A DNA stretch of 64,000 nt from Candidatus Lindowbacteria bacterium RIFCSPLOWO2_12_FULL_62_27 (lineage in GTDB: Bacteria > Lindowbacteria > 2-12-FULL-62-27), in NCBI GenBank assembly GCA_001784175.1, contig MFPR01000043.1, positions 1 through 64,000 on the forward strand, written 5' to 3'. Shown one piece after another: positions 48,218 through 59,788 of this stretch. The position numbers and the translations under genes are program-made. The notes beneath the pieces are model-generated. The model did not search any database, was not told where the DNA came from, and was given only the letters and a program-made list of their open reading frames with translations. How positions within the stretch are numbered: position 1 is the stretch's first letter; every line of letters starts with the position of its first letter.

Positions 48218-49582
48218 TTGCCCGTGAAGCGGCGGAGATTGTTTACGCTTATTGCGGTGTTGCTTTCCCTCTGCCCGGCCGCAGTTGCGGACATCTCCAC
48301 GGAGGATGTACAGGTTCTTGATCGCCAGGCCCGCGAAGGCGATTCCCAGGCTCAGTACTATCTGGGCGTTGTCTTCTACGAGGGAATCCATCGGGAAAAA
48401 AACTGGGTTTCCGCCTCGGAGTGGGTTTATGCTTCCGCCATGCAGGGGCACCCTGACGCGGCCTATCAGGTTGGCCGGATGACGTATCTTGGCGAAGCAT
48501 TCAATCAGGATACGGCGCTGGGACTGGAGTGGATGACGTATGCGGCCCGGCTTGGACATCCGAAGGCCGCCGAGTTTCTCCGGCAATTGGCCTTGCGCTC
48601 CGATCGAGAATACTCTACAGGCAGTGAAGCCGGGATCCCCCCGGCCGAACCCGACCCCGAGGTGGACGACGAATCCGGCGACAATCCGGCGGTCGAGCAG
48701 GCCGAGGCACTGCCGACTCCACGGCAGATGTCTGCCGCCCGCATTGAGCTGAATTACCGGAGCCGAAAATACTTGGACGAGTCCACGGAATACCCGGCGG
48801 CGACCAAGCTGAAAATATGGCGGGATTTTGTGGCGGAATTCGGCCGAAGTAAATATGCCGGGTTTGCCCAAGGACGGATCGACTCGTGGGAAACCATATC
48901 GGCGGAAGAAGATGCACAGATGCGGTCGCAGGGATTCGGCACAATTGAAAGTCTTCAAAAGGCGAATGGACTCGATCCGGATGGCCGGATGGGACCGCGG
49001 ACGCGGGCGTTGCTGAAGTCGAAAATCCGAAGCCGGGACTCAGAACCGGGCGCCGAATCCGGCCGCAAGCCCAATGAACCGCTCGCCGCCGCGGATGTTT
49101 CGGCAAGACACGACTTGAAGAAAGTCGCCGCGGCCGTACTGGACCAGGACCCGCGAAACAAGGGCATCTCAGTCCGGCTCCTTCGAAAATCCCAGGGACA
49201 AAAATCCGTCCTGGTTTTTGATCTCCTGGCGGTTTCCGGAGACAACAGCGCTATGGATGTCTTTCGAGTGTTCAATCAGGCCGCCGAAAAAATCCAAAAC
49301 GAACATTTTGATGAAATCCGTCTCGCGTACAAAGGCGATGTCCGGTTCACGATCGATGGAGATTATTTTCAAACCCTGGGGGCGGAATATTCCTCGCAGA
49401 ACCCGGTTTATACGCTGAGGACGTTTCCGGAAAATCTTTATCGCCCGGACGGATCAAAGGCATTTGGAACGTGGTCCGGAGGCATATTGGGCGTCGTCAA
49501 AGAACAGATGGACGATTTCCATCGATTCCACAGGGAATGGTACATGAACGACCTCATCGCCGCCGCGGGAGCATCCAGGTAA
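48218..49582 (+). CDS. Exported SEL1-repeat protein with peptidoglycan-binding-like motif and unknown C-terminal domain
   Basis: AQYYLGVVFYEG..SAMQGHPDA (SEL1); LQKANGLDPDGRMGPRT (PG_binding_1-like). Confidence 0.78.
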   Translation: MPVKRRRLFTLIAVLLSLCPAAVADISTEDVQVLDRQAREGDSQAQYYLGVVFYEGIHREKNWVSASEWVYASAMQGHPDAAYQVGRMTYLGEAFNQDTALGLEWMTYAARLGHPKAAEFLRQLALRSDREYSTGSEAGIPPAEPDPEVDDESGDNPAVEQAEALPTPRQMSAARIELNYRSRKYLDESTEYPAATKLKIWRDFVAEFGRSKYAGFAQGRIDSWETISAEEDAQMRSQGFGTIESLQKANGLDPDGRMGPRTRALLKSKIRSRDSEPGAESGRKPNEPLAAADVSARHDLKKVAAAVLDQDPRNKGISVRLLRKSQGQKSVLVFDLLAVSGDNSAMDVFRVFNQAAEKIQNEHFDEIRLAYKGDVRFTIDGDYFQTLGAEYSSQNPVYTLRTFPENLYRPDGSKAFGTWSGGILGVVKEQMDDFHRFHREWYMNDLIAAAGASR

Positions 49583-49716
49583 CCGACCTCCTCGGACAGA
49601 CGTGACGGCAGATGTGTCAGTCCAGCCGCGAAAAACGTCACCGCAAATGTTCGGTTTTACTTCCGCCAGCCGCTGTCAATGGTAGAGATAGTTCTTTCAC
49701 AAGTGCAAAGGGGGTA

Positions 49717-49914
49717 GTGATTGTGCGTATCCTGAATGTTGCGTGGTCATCTCTGTCCGCCTGTCTGTGTCTGCCCGGGGCTGTTTTTCTATCCCTGCTG
49801 CCGTTCCCAACTGAATCGTTCGCCGGCGCGCCCGGCATCGACGCGTTCACCCGGCACGGCGCGGGCGTCCGGGCGGTGGGGATGACCTCGGACAAACTCA
49901 TCGCCTTGGATTGA
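49717..49914 (+). pseudogene. 5' fragment of a PorV/PorQ (UPF0164)-like outer-membrane protein
   Basis: Signal peptide then AFTRHGAGVRAVGM, resembling the F...G.GARA.GM N-terminal motif; stops 9 codons later. Confidence 0.5.
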
Positions 49915-50141
49915 ATATGAGGATCCAATGAACTGGCCGTCGACCGCCTGTAGGAATAGTCTTGGCTCAAACTTTAAGTTACCCTCAGTGGTTCTATCTA
50001 TCTCTGAATCGACAAAGAGGTGGCTCATGTATCGGACTACCTCGACAGTCGGGAAGTATGGGATTCATCCTATCGGCTTCGGGCCGCACGCATCCGATTC
50101 AAGCCGGACGCGGGGGTCTGTGTGTGCGGTTTCCCTTCCCT

Positions 50142-50312
50142 TCACGCTGGTTGTGAGGTTTCGTCCGGTGGGGTCTTGTCTGGCTGGGTTAGCCCGAGAG
50201 CCAGTCTCACGGCATGGTCGACTTTTGTCAGAAGGCTCGCGGGGGTGTGTCCGATGATGCGTTCTAATGGAAATGGAACGAGAACGATGTCGCCCCGGTT
50301 ATATCTCCCCAT
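50142..50312 (-). pseudogene. MazF/PemK-like toxin with in-frame internal deletion (56 aa)
   Basis: MGRYNRGDIVLVPFP is joined directly to LERIIG...LLTKVDHAVRLALGL; the K.RP catalytic segment is missing. Start overlaps the partner's stop. Confidence 0.75.
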
Positions 50313-50511
50313 ACCGGTCCTCGGCCGGGTCGTCCCAGATGGGCCGAAGCGCCGTCTCCTGCGCCTTCAAGGTCTGGTCCGCAACGGACCCGCCAATCAT
50401 CAGGATGATCCGGGCTTGAGCGCCATCGGGAATCCGGTCGCTGATCTCCTTCGGAATCTGCAACGGCTTGCCCGGCTCAACCCTGGCATCAAACTCGTAC
50501 GCGAACGTCAT
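50299..50511 (-). CDS. Putative antitoxin partner of the MazF-like gene
   Basis: YEFDARVEPGKPLQIP.. N-terminus and acidic C-terminal IWDDPAEDRY motif; start 50511 or 50571. Confidence 0.65.
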   Translation of the reverse strand: MTFAYEFDARVEPGKPLQIPKEISDRIPDGAQARIILMIGGSVADQTLKAQETALRPIWDDPAEDRYGEI

Positions 50512-50578
50512 GCCCGAAGTGTGCCAATCCTTTCGGCGGTCGTCAACTGAAGTGGACCCCATGACCGGCATGTGGGAA

Positions 50579-50935
50579 CTAACTTTTCGTCAATTTCGGA
50601 TCTGGGCCTTCATGAATCGTGAGCTTGCCGACATAGGATTCCGGACTTGCTGTCTGGAAGAGCTGTTCAACGGCCGCGATTTCTTCGTCGGCTTTCGTGG
50701 TGCCCAGCCGAAGGAGGATGATGCCCAGATGCGGTGTCGGGCGGAGATTTTTCTGAACGGCGAAATCCTTGTCGTTGGTGATCAGAAGATCGTATCGGCC
50801 CTGAATGGCATGAACCAGCTCCCCGTTTTCGACGCCCAAGAGCGCGGCATCCTTGGCGTGGTCGGTTTCGTGGCCACGGGATTTAAGACGTTGTCCGAGG
50901 GAATATGGAACATTTTCATCAAGCAGGATTCGCAT
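50579..50935 (-). CDS. DUF5615 PIN-like toxin
   Basis: MRILLDENVP..GHE..LLITNDKDF..HLGIILLR. Confidence 0.9.
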   Translation of the reverse strand: MRILLDENVPYSLGQRLKSRGHETDHAKDAALLGVENGELVHAIQGRYDLLITNDKDFAVQKNLRPTPHLGIILLRLGTTKADEEIAAVEQLFQTASPESYVGKLTIHEGPDPKLTKS

Positions 50936-51170
50936 GAGTAAACGCCGACGCCAGACAGGAGCTGAAATGGATCACGGCCCGGATGTCCTCCCGTGTCAGG
51001 GTGGGGTAGTTTTCGAGAATTTCCTCGAAATTGCTCCCGCCCTCAAGATTGTCCAGAACGACGTACAGCGGGATTCGCGTCCCTTTGACGCACGGAGTCC
51101 CGCCCATGATGCGGGGGTCGACGCTGATCCGAGGATGATCTTTCAGCAACTCTCTGTAATTCGGCTCCAC
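50919..51170 (-). CDS. DUF433 antitoxin
   Basis: ISVDPRIMGGTPCVKGTRIPL..EILENYPTLTREDI. Confidence 0.92.
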   Translation of the reverse strand: MEPNYRELLKDHPRISVDPRIMGGTPCVKGTRIPLYVVLDNLEGGSNFEEILENYPTLTREDIRAVIHFSSCLASAFTHANPA

Positions 51171-51177
51171 GAAAATG

Positions 51178-51206
51178 ATTATAACCGATCAACCCGAGAA
51201 GGGCAA
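51178..51206 (-). promoter_or_regulatory. Promoter, probably leaderless
   Basis: TTGCCC-17-TATAAT, 7 nt before GTG 51170. Confidence 0.65.
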
Positions 51207-51351
51207 ACGATGGTAAATGCCGGACTGATCGCCGGCAACCGTCTCCGGCGGCCGGACATGAGACGCCGGAAGTCTTGCAATCTTGCAATATCCGGGCGCG
51301 CTTTCCAATGCCCCGGACGCCGGAATATGTACGCCCGTGCCGCAACAACCC

Positions 51352-51741
51352 TTATGGAAAGATTCGCAGGACCTTTCTGGGAAATTCGAGATGAAGATTA
51401 AAACGGGACAGGAAATCCATGCCCAGAAGTCCGTCGGCAGGCATGTTCGGAGGAATGGAATGAACGCATACCTTGAAATTCCTGACCGATTGACCCAGCG
51501 CTTCGAATCTCGGGACCCTCATGCGCGGCGCGTACTCAAGCGTGCTGGCGGTCGTGAGAGCGCACCGTTCGCGCGATGCGGCCGGATCACAGCCAATCTC
51601 AAGCAATTGAACTGGCGCCACGATTGTGTAAACCGATCCTGTGTCCAGAATCAGCCGCAAGAGGCTGGCGCCCTTGGGTCCGTGTATCGCCGCGTCAACA
51701 ATGATCAGCCGGGCGGTTGGATCGATCGGAAACTCAAACAC
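51352..51741 (-). CDS. Retropepsin-like (clan AA) aspartic protease
   Basis: LILDTGSVYT catalytic motif and DGLLGMDFL. Confidence 0.9.
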   Translation of the reverse strand: MFEFPIDPTARLIIVDAAIHGPKGASLLRLILDTGSVYTIVAPVQLLEIGCDPAASRERCALTTASTLEYAPRMRVPRFEALGQSVRNFKVCVHSIPPNMPADGLLGMDFLSRFNLHLEFPRKVLRIFP

Positions 51742-51744
51742 GAG

Positions 51745-52017
51745 TCAGGCCCAGGCCGGCCAGACGGAAATGCAAACTGCCGTATCCTCCGGAATTGTTT
51801 CGTCCGAACAGACCGTCATCAGCATCCGGCCCCGGTCTCTGACCTTCATGGCCACCCGATGAATTTCCATTCGGTCGGGACTGTGAGCCAGGAGCCGCCC
51901 GGTCTTGGCCGTGGTCGTGGCCGGGTCGTATTCCGCCACCTCAATGAGGAGCCACGTCTTTCTTTTCTTAAACCGCCTCCGAATCGTTTCGATGCCCTCA
52001 ATACGCCCCCGTTTCAT
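51745..52017 (-). CDS. Small hypothetical partner protein (DUF5678-like)
   Basis: I.RRF...WLLIEV..G.LLAHSPDR; stop is 3 nt before the protease start. Confidence 0.7.
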   Translation of the reverse strand: MKRGRIEGIETIRRRFKKRKTWLLIEVAEYDPATTTAKTGRLLAHSPDRMEIHRVAMKVRDRGRMLMTVCSDETIPEDTAVCISVWPAWA

Positions 52018-52059
52018 GTCAAAGTTTTCCTACATACCTTCAGGCAAGTCAAGCGCGCA

Positions 52060-52130
52060 GCCGCCCGACCGCCGATCCGGGGCACAGGGTCATGATGCCC
52101 GCATCCCGCATCTTGCAATCGGGCGCACCC
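52060..52130 (+). repeat. ~73-bp inter-cassette repeat, copy 5
   Basis: GCCGCCCGACCGCCGATCCGGGGCACAGGGTCATGATGCCCGCATCCCGCATCTTGCAATCGGGC. Confidence 0.88.
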
Positions 52131-52187
52131 TTGGCACGATGCAGCCGGAGGAACACATTCAATGCAGGCAATGCACAGACGAGGAAG

Positions 52188-52348
52188 GCGCGATTTGTGA
52201 TTGGTGATTTCCGTTTGGTGATTTGTGATCGCGAAAATCACAAATTGGAAATCCCAAATCACAAATCACAAATAATCTTTTCCCTTGCCCCTGCCGTCCC
52301 CGCCGCCCGCCCGCCGATCCGGGGAACCGGGTCATGATGGACGCATCC
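52188..52348 (+). repeat. 161-bp direct repeat, right copy
   Basis: Matches 43444-43604 at offset 8744. Confidence 0.92.
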
Positions 52349-52377
52349 GGAATCCGGAAAGCTGGCAGCCTCCGGCC
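52302..52377 (+). repeat. ~73-bp inter-cassette repeat, copy 6
   Basis: GCCGCCCGCCCGCCGATCCGGGGAACCGGGTCATGATGGACGCATCCGGAATCCGGAAAGCTGGCAGCCTCCGG. Confidence 0.92.
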
Positions 52378-54343
52378 CTATTTTCTCCTTCTTGTCATTT
52401 CTGTTTTCGGGTTCGTGCTGCCGGCCTGCGGGAAAATGATGTCGGACAGCATCGTTGTTTTCCAAGTGCAGGTTTCGGGCGGCTTGGCGAGCGATGAATT
52501 CATCTCCCTGTATAATCCTCGTCCCGAAACCGTTTCTCTCACTCCCTATCGGATTTCCATCACTACAGGGGTGAGCAATACGCTGTCCACCTACGATGCC
52601 GGACTCGGTGGGAGCATGGGGCCGTTTGGGTTTTATCGAATCACACTTTCGACCGCCGACACCGCCTTAAGAGATGCCGGATTCGACGGGGTTGGCGATA
52701 CCGTCGGCTCGGGTGAGTTTTGCGATTGCGCATCCGTCGAGCACGGCGGGATATTTCCGGGACGTATCGGGCCTCACGGCCGATTCGGCATGGACCGACA
52801 CGGATGGGTACGCGCAGGACACGTTTACGCTCGGGTCGGCCCGCGGCGTGTATCTGGTGACGGCGACCAGCGACTCGAACCCGATCCAAAAGACGATGTT
52901 CTATGCCTATGCGGACGGGTTCGATCTTGCGGCAAAGACGTGGAAACTCGTCGCGCCGAACAAGGAAGCGTCAGCGGTATCGTTGATGGCCCCGGTTTTG
53001 CATCCCATCAGCACGCTTCTGTCCCGATCGACCGTCTACGAGTGGAACGAGAACGCGGGAGTCAATGCCGGGCTGTATGATTATTCCAAAGCGACGGGCA
53101 TCGCGCGTGGGCGGGGATACTGGATCTACGACGACACCGGCGTTGGTGTCGTCTTTTCGGGAAGCTCCGGATTCGACACCGTCACCGTTTCGCTTACGGC
53201 CGGCTGGCACATCATTGGCACCGGAGAATATTTTTACATCGACTGGGATTCCGATGTCCGGTTCGATACCGGCAGTACGAAACTGACGCCCGCGCAGGCG
53301 GCCGCGGCCGGGGTCATTAACAATTCCGTCTACTGGTACCATGGCAGCGGCTACTACCGCGGGCCGGATCCGCTGACGCCGGCGCTCTCGCGCGTTCAGC
53401 TCAAACCGTCCGTCGGATTTTTCATGTATACCGCGCTGGCCTGCAACATGAGCCTATATCCGAATCCTCGGTCGCCGGCGGAGACGGCGACGCAGATTCT
53501 GAATCAGGCGCCGGCGCTGGTGACGAGAAACGCGAAAGATGGAACCCCCCACCCAGCCTCCCCCACAAGGGGGGAGGAGTTGTACGGCGCGGGCGCCTCG
53601 AAGTACACGCAATCGCAACCGGCCGAAACCAACTGGGACGTACGGTTCATCCTGTCCGGCGGCGGGCTAATGGAGTTTCAGAATTACATCGGAGTGAAAC
53701 CGTCGGCGACGGACGTGCTGATGTATGACCGCCGCGCGCCACCGCTGGCGGCCGGGCGATACCTTGCGATGAGTTTTGCCGGCGAAGATGGCGTGCGAAA
53801 GGCCGCGAGTTACGTGGAGCCGATCCGGACGGCGGCCAAATGGGATTTTCAAATTCAGAGCGACCTGACCGGCCAGGCGGTGACGCTGGCGTGGGACAAT
53901 CTGCAGAGCATTCCGGAGAAATTTGCCGCGTACCTCATCACACCCGCCGGGCCGCCGGTCGACATGCGCAAGAGCGCGTCGTTCAGTTTCGCCACGAACG
54001 CGGACGGCCCGACGGCCGCGTCATTCAGCGCGATCGCGGGACAGCCGGACTATGTCGCGGCGTTTCTGGCGCCGCCGCTGGACCGGGGGTTCACATTCGC
54101 GTATCCGAACCCGGGACCCGACGGCAACAGCTTCGTCTATTTCAAACACAACGTTACGGCCGGCGACGTTCGAATCAAAATTTTCGACGTTGGCGGCCGG
54201 CTCGTGCGGGAACTGACCGGAAGCGTCTCGCCGATCCCGTGGGACACGACCAACCGATTCGGCCAGAAACTCGGGTCGGGCGTGTACCTCTACATCGTCG
54301 AGGGCAGCGGCGCGAGGCTCGTGGACAGGGTGGCGATCGTACG

Positions 54344-54347
<4 letters not shown>
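52334..54347 (+). pseudogene. Frameshifted secreted protein: lamin-tail-like N-terminus and FlgD-Ig/T9SS-CTD-like C-terminus
   Basis: Frame of 52334 gives a hydrophobic leader and DEFISLYNP..VSL. Frame of 52674 gives YPNP..IKIFDVGGRLVREL..WD..G..LGSGVYLY. The frame changes near 52680-52715. Confidence 0.65.
53545..53578. repeat. REP-like hairpin inside coding sequence
   Basis: CCCCCCACCCAG-CCTCCCCC-acaag-GGGGGAGG; translates as PHPASPTRGEE. Confidence 0.65.
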
Positions 54348-55843
<1,496 letters not shown>

Positions 55844-55847
<4 letters not shown>

Positions 55848-56347
55848 GAGCGCAGCGCACAGCCATCATCCGCCTCTTGGTCGCCCTTGCGTTTTTCCTC
55901 TACCTGCCCCTGACGGATTTCAGGCATGCGGCGGTTGCCGGCAATGATGAGAACGCGTACTACCGCAAGCTGCTCGTGAAGCGCGAGGCGACCGTCGAGG
56001 ACGCCATTCATGTCGTGGCCCGGTTTTATGAATACGAAGGCGAGACGAACATGTTGAAGGAGCTGAATTTTCTCCTTGAGAAAAACGTCGCGTTCCGCCG
56101 CGACATCAACAAGATGGCCGGCCAGCCGCTGACCAAGGGCGACATCGCCAACCTCATGATGAACGCCATGGGCAAGCGGTCCGGCATGATGTCGAAGATG
56201 TTTCCGAACAACCAGCGCTACGCCCTCCGGGAGGCGATCAAGTCCGGCCTCTTCGGCGGGGACAGCACGGTGATGGACCGCGTGGCCGGCAACGAGCTTC
56301 TGGGGCTTCTGGGGCAGATGCAGGAAAAGAAGGAGGCGAAGAAGTGA
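55844..56347 (+). CDS. Hypothetical exported protein
   Basis: ATGA overlap with the previous gene; hydrophobic leader. Confidence 0.75.
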
Positions 56348-57372
56348 TGGCGCCGGGGATGTTGCTGGTGGTCGCCCTGTTGGGGCTGGTGGCGCCGACA
56401 CTAACTGCCGCGGAAATCATGGCCGGGCGGCTGACCGGCGTGAAGGGAAATGTCGAGGTGCAGAAACGCGGGGCGGAGGAATGGACGGCGGCGACGGACG
56501 GCATGGAAATTCAGCCGGGCGACCGGATCAACGCCGGATTCAACGGCAGGGCGGTATTGGAATTTGAAAACAGCCGCACCGAGATCCGGCCGGTGACGCA
56601 GTTTGTGGTGGGCCGGGCATTCACGACAAACGACCTGCATTACACCGAACTGTTCCTGCAGGTGGGCAAAGTGCTGTCGGAGGTAAACCCGAACAACGGG
56701 AAACAGAATAGATTCAATGTGACGTCGCCTGTGGCGGTTGCAGGCGTGCGCGGCACCAAACAGGAAGTCCGGTTCGCGCCCGCCGTGGGGATGGACGTAA
56801 AAATTCACGAAGGCCATGGCGTGGTCTCGCCGGTATCGGCGGACAAACTTCCGCCGGCGGTTCAGCAGCTTCTGCAGATCGCGCCCAAAGGCGGCAATCG
56901 CGCCGGCGGCGTGGCCGAGCTTCGCGAGGAAGGCGGCAAAGGCGGGAAGACCGACGTGGCGACGCCGAAGGAGGCGGTGGAGGCGTTCAACGAGTGGATA
57001 CAGGACGCGGCCGGCGGCGCGGCGGGCGAAAATGCCGGCGTACTCGACGCGCAGACGTTCGAGTACAGCATCCCGGTGTCGGAGGGCCAGTCGGCCTCAG
57101 TCGTGAGCAGTATCGATCCGTCGGCGGTCGTGGACGCGGCGCAGACCCTCGCGAAAGAGGCCGTGGCCGACGTCACGCCGGCCGGACTCAGCAGCAAGGA
57201 AGAGGAAGCGACGGCCAAGTACACCGAGGCGCTGACGACGACGGTTTCCGAGACGCAGAAACAGGAACAGAGCGCGCTGAACCAGGTCACGATTCAGGAA
57301 AACATCCAATCGACCCAGTCCGGCGGAACCCCGCCTACGGCCACGAATCTTCCGCCCGCGCGGCCGCAATAA
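56347..57372 (+). CDS. FecR-domain exported protein
   Basis: VKGNVEV..W...GM....GD.I..G...L..G.V..F.V.SPVAVAGVRGT. Confidence 0.82.
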   Translation: MAPGMLLVVALLGLVAPTLTAAEIMAGRLTGVKGNVEVQKRGAEEWTAATDGMEIQPGDRINAGFNGRAVLEFENSRTEIRPVTQFVVGRAFTTNDLHYTELFLQVGKVLSEVNPNNGKQNRFNVTSPVAVAGVRGTKQEVRFAPAVGMDVKIHEGHGVVSPVSADKLPPAVQQLLQIAPKGGNRAGGVAELREEGGKGGKTDVATPKEAVEAFNEWIQDAAGGAAGENAGVLDAQTFEYSIPVSEGQSASVVSSIDPSAVVDAAQTLAKEAVADVTPAGLSSKEEEATAKYTEALTTTVSETQKQEQSALNQVTIQENIQSTQSGGTPPTATNLPPARPQ

Positions 57373-57413
57373 CGGCGCCGCACGGGGTCAGTGAAAGACG
57401 GTAACCCCCCTCA

Positions 57414-57436
57414 ATCCCCCCTTTTCAAGGGGGGAT
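57414..57436. repeat. Hairpin ATCCCCCCTT-ttc-AAGGGGGGAT (REP-like or terminator)
   Basis: Perfect 10-bp stem between the FecR gene and gap. Confidence 0.6.
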
Positions 57437-57464
57437 GAAGGGATTGACGCTCCTCTGCCGATAG

Positions 57465-58556
<1,092 letters not shown>

Positions 58557-58561
58557 CGGCC

Positions 58562-59770
58562 ATGGAAACCGCGACGGCCTCTTTTTCCAAGAAGACGATC
58601 GACGATGTGAAGTTCTCCGGCCGGCGCGCGCTCGTGCGCGTTGATTTCAATGTCCCGATGACGCCGGAAGGCAAAATCGCGGACGACACGCGACTCCGCG
58701 AGAGCCTGCCGACCCTCCGCAAGATCCTGGCCGACGGCGGCAGCGCCGTGCTCATGTCGCACATGGGCCGGCCGAAGGGCAAGGTCGTCGAGTCGATGCG
58801 CCTCGCGCCCATCGCCGCCGGCCTCTCGGAGCGGCTGGGCCGGCCGGTCCGGGCGCTGAAAGACTGCGTCGGCCCCGAGGTGGAACGTGAAGTTGCATCG
58901 CTGAAACCGGGAGACGTGGCGCTCCTTGAGAATCTGCGGTTCCATCCGGAGGAGGAAAAAAACGATCCCGGCTTTTCCAAGTCCCTCGCGCGGCTCGGGT
59001 CCGTGTACGTGAACGACGCGTTCGGCACGGCGCACCGCGCGCACGCCTCGACCGTGGGCGTGACCGAGCATCTCAAGCCGCGCGTGGCGGGGTATTTGAT
59101 GAAGAAAGAAATCGAATATCTCGGCCGGATTCTCTCCAATCCTGCCCGGCCCTTCGTCGCGGTCTTCGGCGGCGCGAAAGTTTCCAGCAAACTGTCGGTG
59201 TTGAAGAATCTTCTGACGAAGGTCGACCGGCTCCTCATCGGCGGCGCGATGACCTACACCTTCGTCGTTTCCCAGGGCGGCCGGGTCGGCAAGTCTCTCT
59301 GCGAGCGGGAACTGGCGGACGAAGCGCGGAACATCCTGGAGGAGGCGAATCGCCGCGGCGTCGAGGTGCTGTTGCCGACCGACTCGCGCGCGGTGCAGGA
59401 CGTCGATAAGCCTTCGACGATCCAGGTCGTCCCCTCGGATCAGATCCCGGACGACCGCGAGGGTGTCGACATCGGCCCGGACACCGTAAAGCGTTTTTCG
59501 GCGGCGCTCCGGGACGCGAAGACCGTTTTTTGGAACGGCCCCCTGGGCAAGTTCGAGCGGCCGGAATATGCGGACGGAACGTTTTCCTTCGCCCGCGCGC
59601 TGGCGTCATCCGGCGCGACCAAAGTGGTCGGCGGCGGGGACTGCGTGTCGGCGGTCCACGGCGCGGGCGTGGCGGACAAGATCGACCACATTTCGACCGG
59701 CGGCGGCGCGTCGATGGAATTTCTGGAGGGCCAGATTCTCCCGGGCGTGGCGGCCCTGGACGACCGATAG
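58562..59770 (+). CDS. pgk: Phosphoglycerate kinase
   Basis: RVDFNVP, LENLRF, DAFGTAHRAH, STGGGASMEFLEG. Confidence 0.99.
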   Translation: METATASFSKKTIDDVKFSGRRALVRVDFNVPMTPEGKIADDTRLRESLPTLRKILADGGSAVLMSHMGRPKGKVVESMRLAPIAAGLSERLGRPVRALKDCVGPEVEREVASLKPGDVALLENLRFHPEEEKNDPGFSKSLARLGSVYVNDAFGTAHRAHASTVGVTEHLKPRVAGYLMKKEIEYLGRILSNPARPFVAVFGGAKVSSKLSVLKNLLTKVDRLLIGGAMTYTFVVSQGGRVGKSLCERELADEARNILEEANRRGVEVLLPTDSRAVQDVDKPSTIQVVPSDQIPDDREGVDIGPDTVKRFSAALRDAKTVFWNGPLGKFERPEYADGTFSFARALASSGATKVVGGGDCVSAVHGAGVADKIDHISTGGGASMEFLEGQILPGVAALDDR

Positions 59771-59788
59771 CCGCGGCCGTTCGTCCTC

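Noticed and set aside
49920-50140. AT-richer stretch with short ORFs on both strands
   Set aside because: No recognisable coding or RNA motif; probably a degraded fragment.
51225-51300. Possible seventh copy of the 73-bp repeat
   Set aside because: Only short words (GATC, CATGA, TCTTGCAAT) match; not alignable with confidence.
43558-52377. CRISPR array or classical integron interpretation of the repeats
   Set aside because: Repeats are ~73 bp and separated by 0.2-5.5 kb of genes; no cas or intI gene and no attC core motifs.
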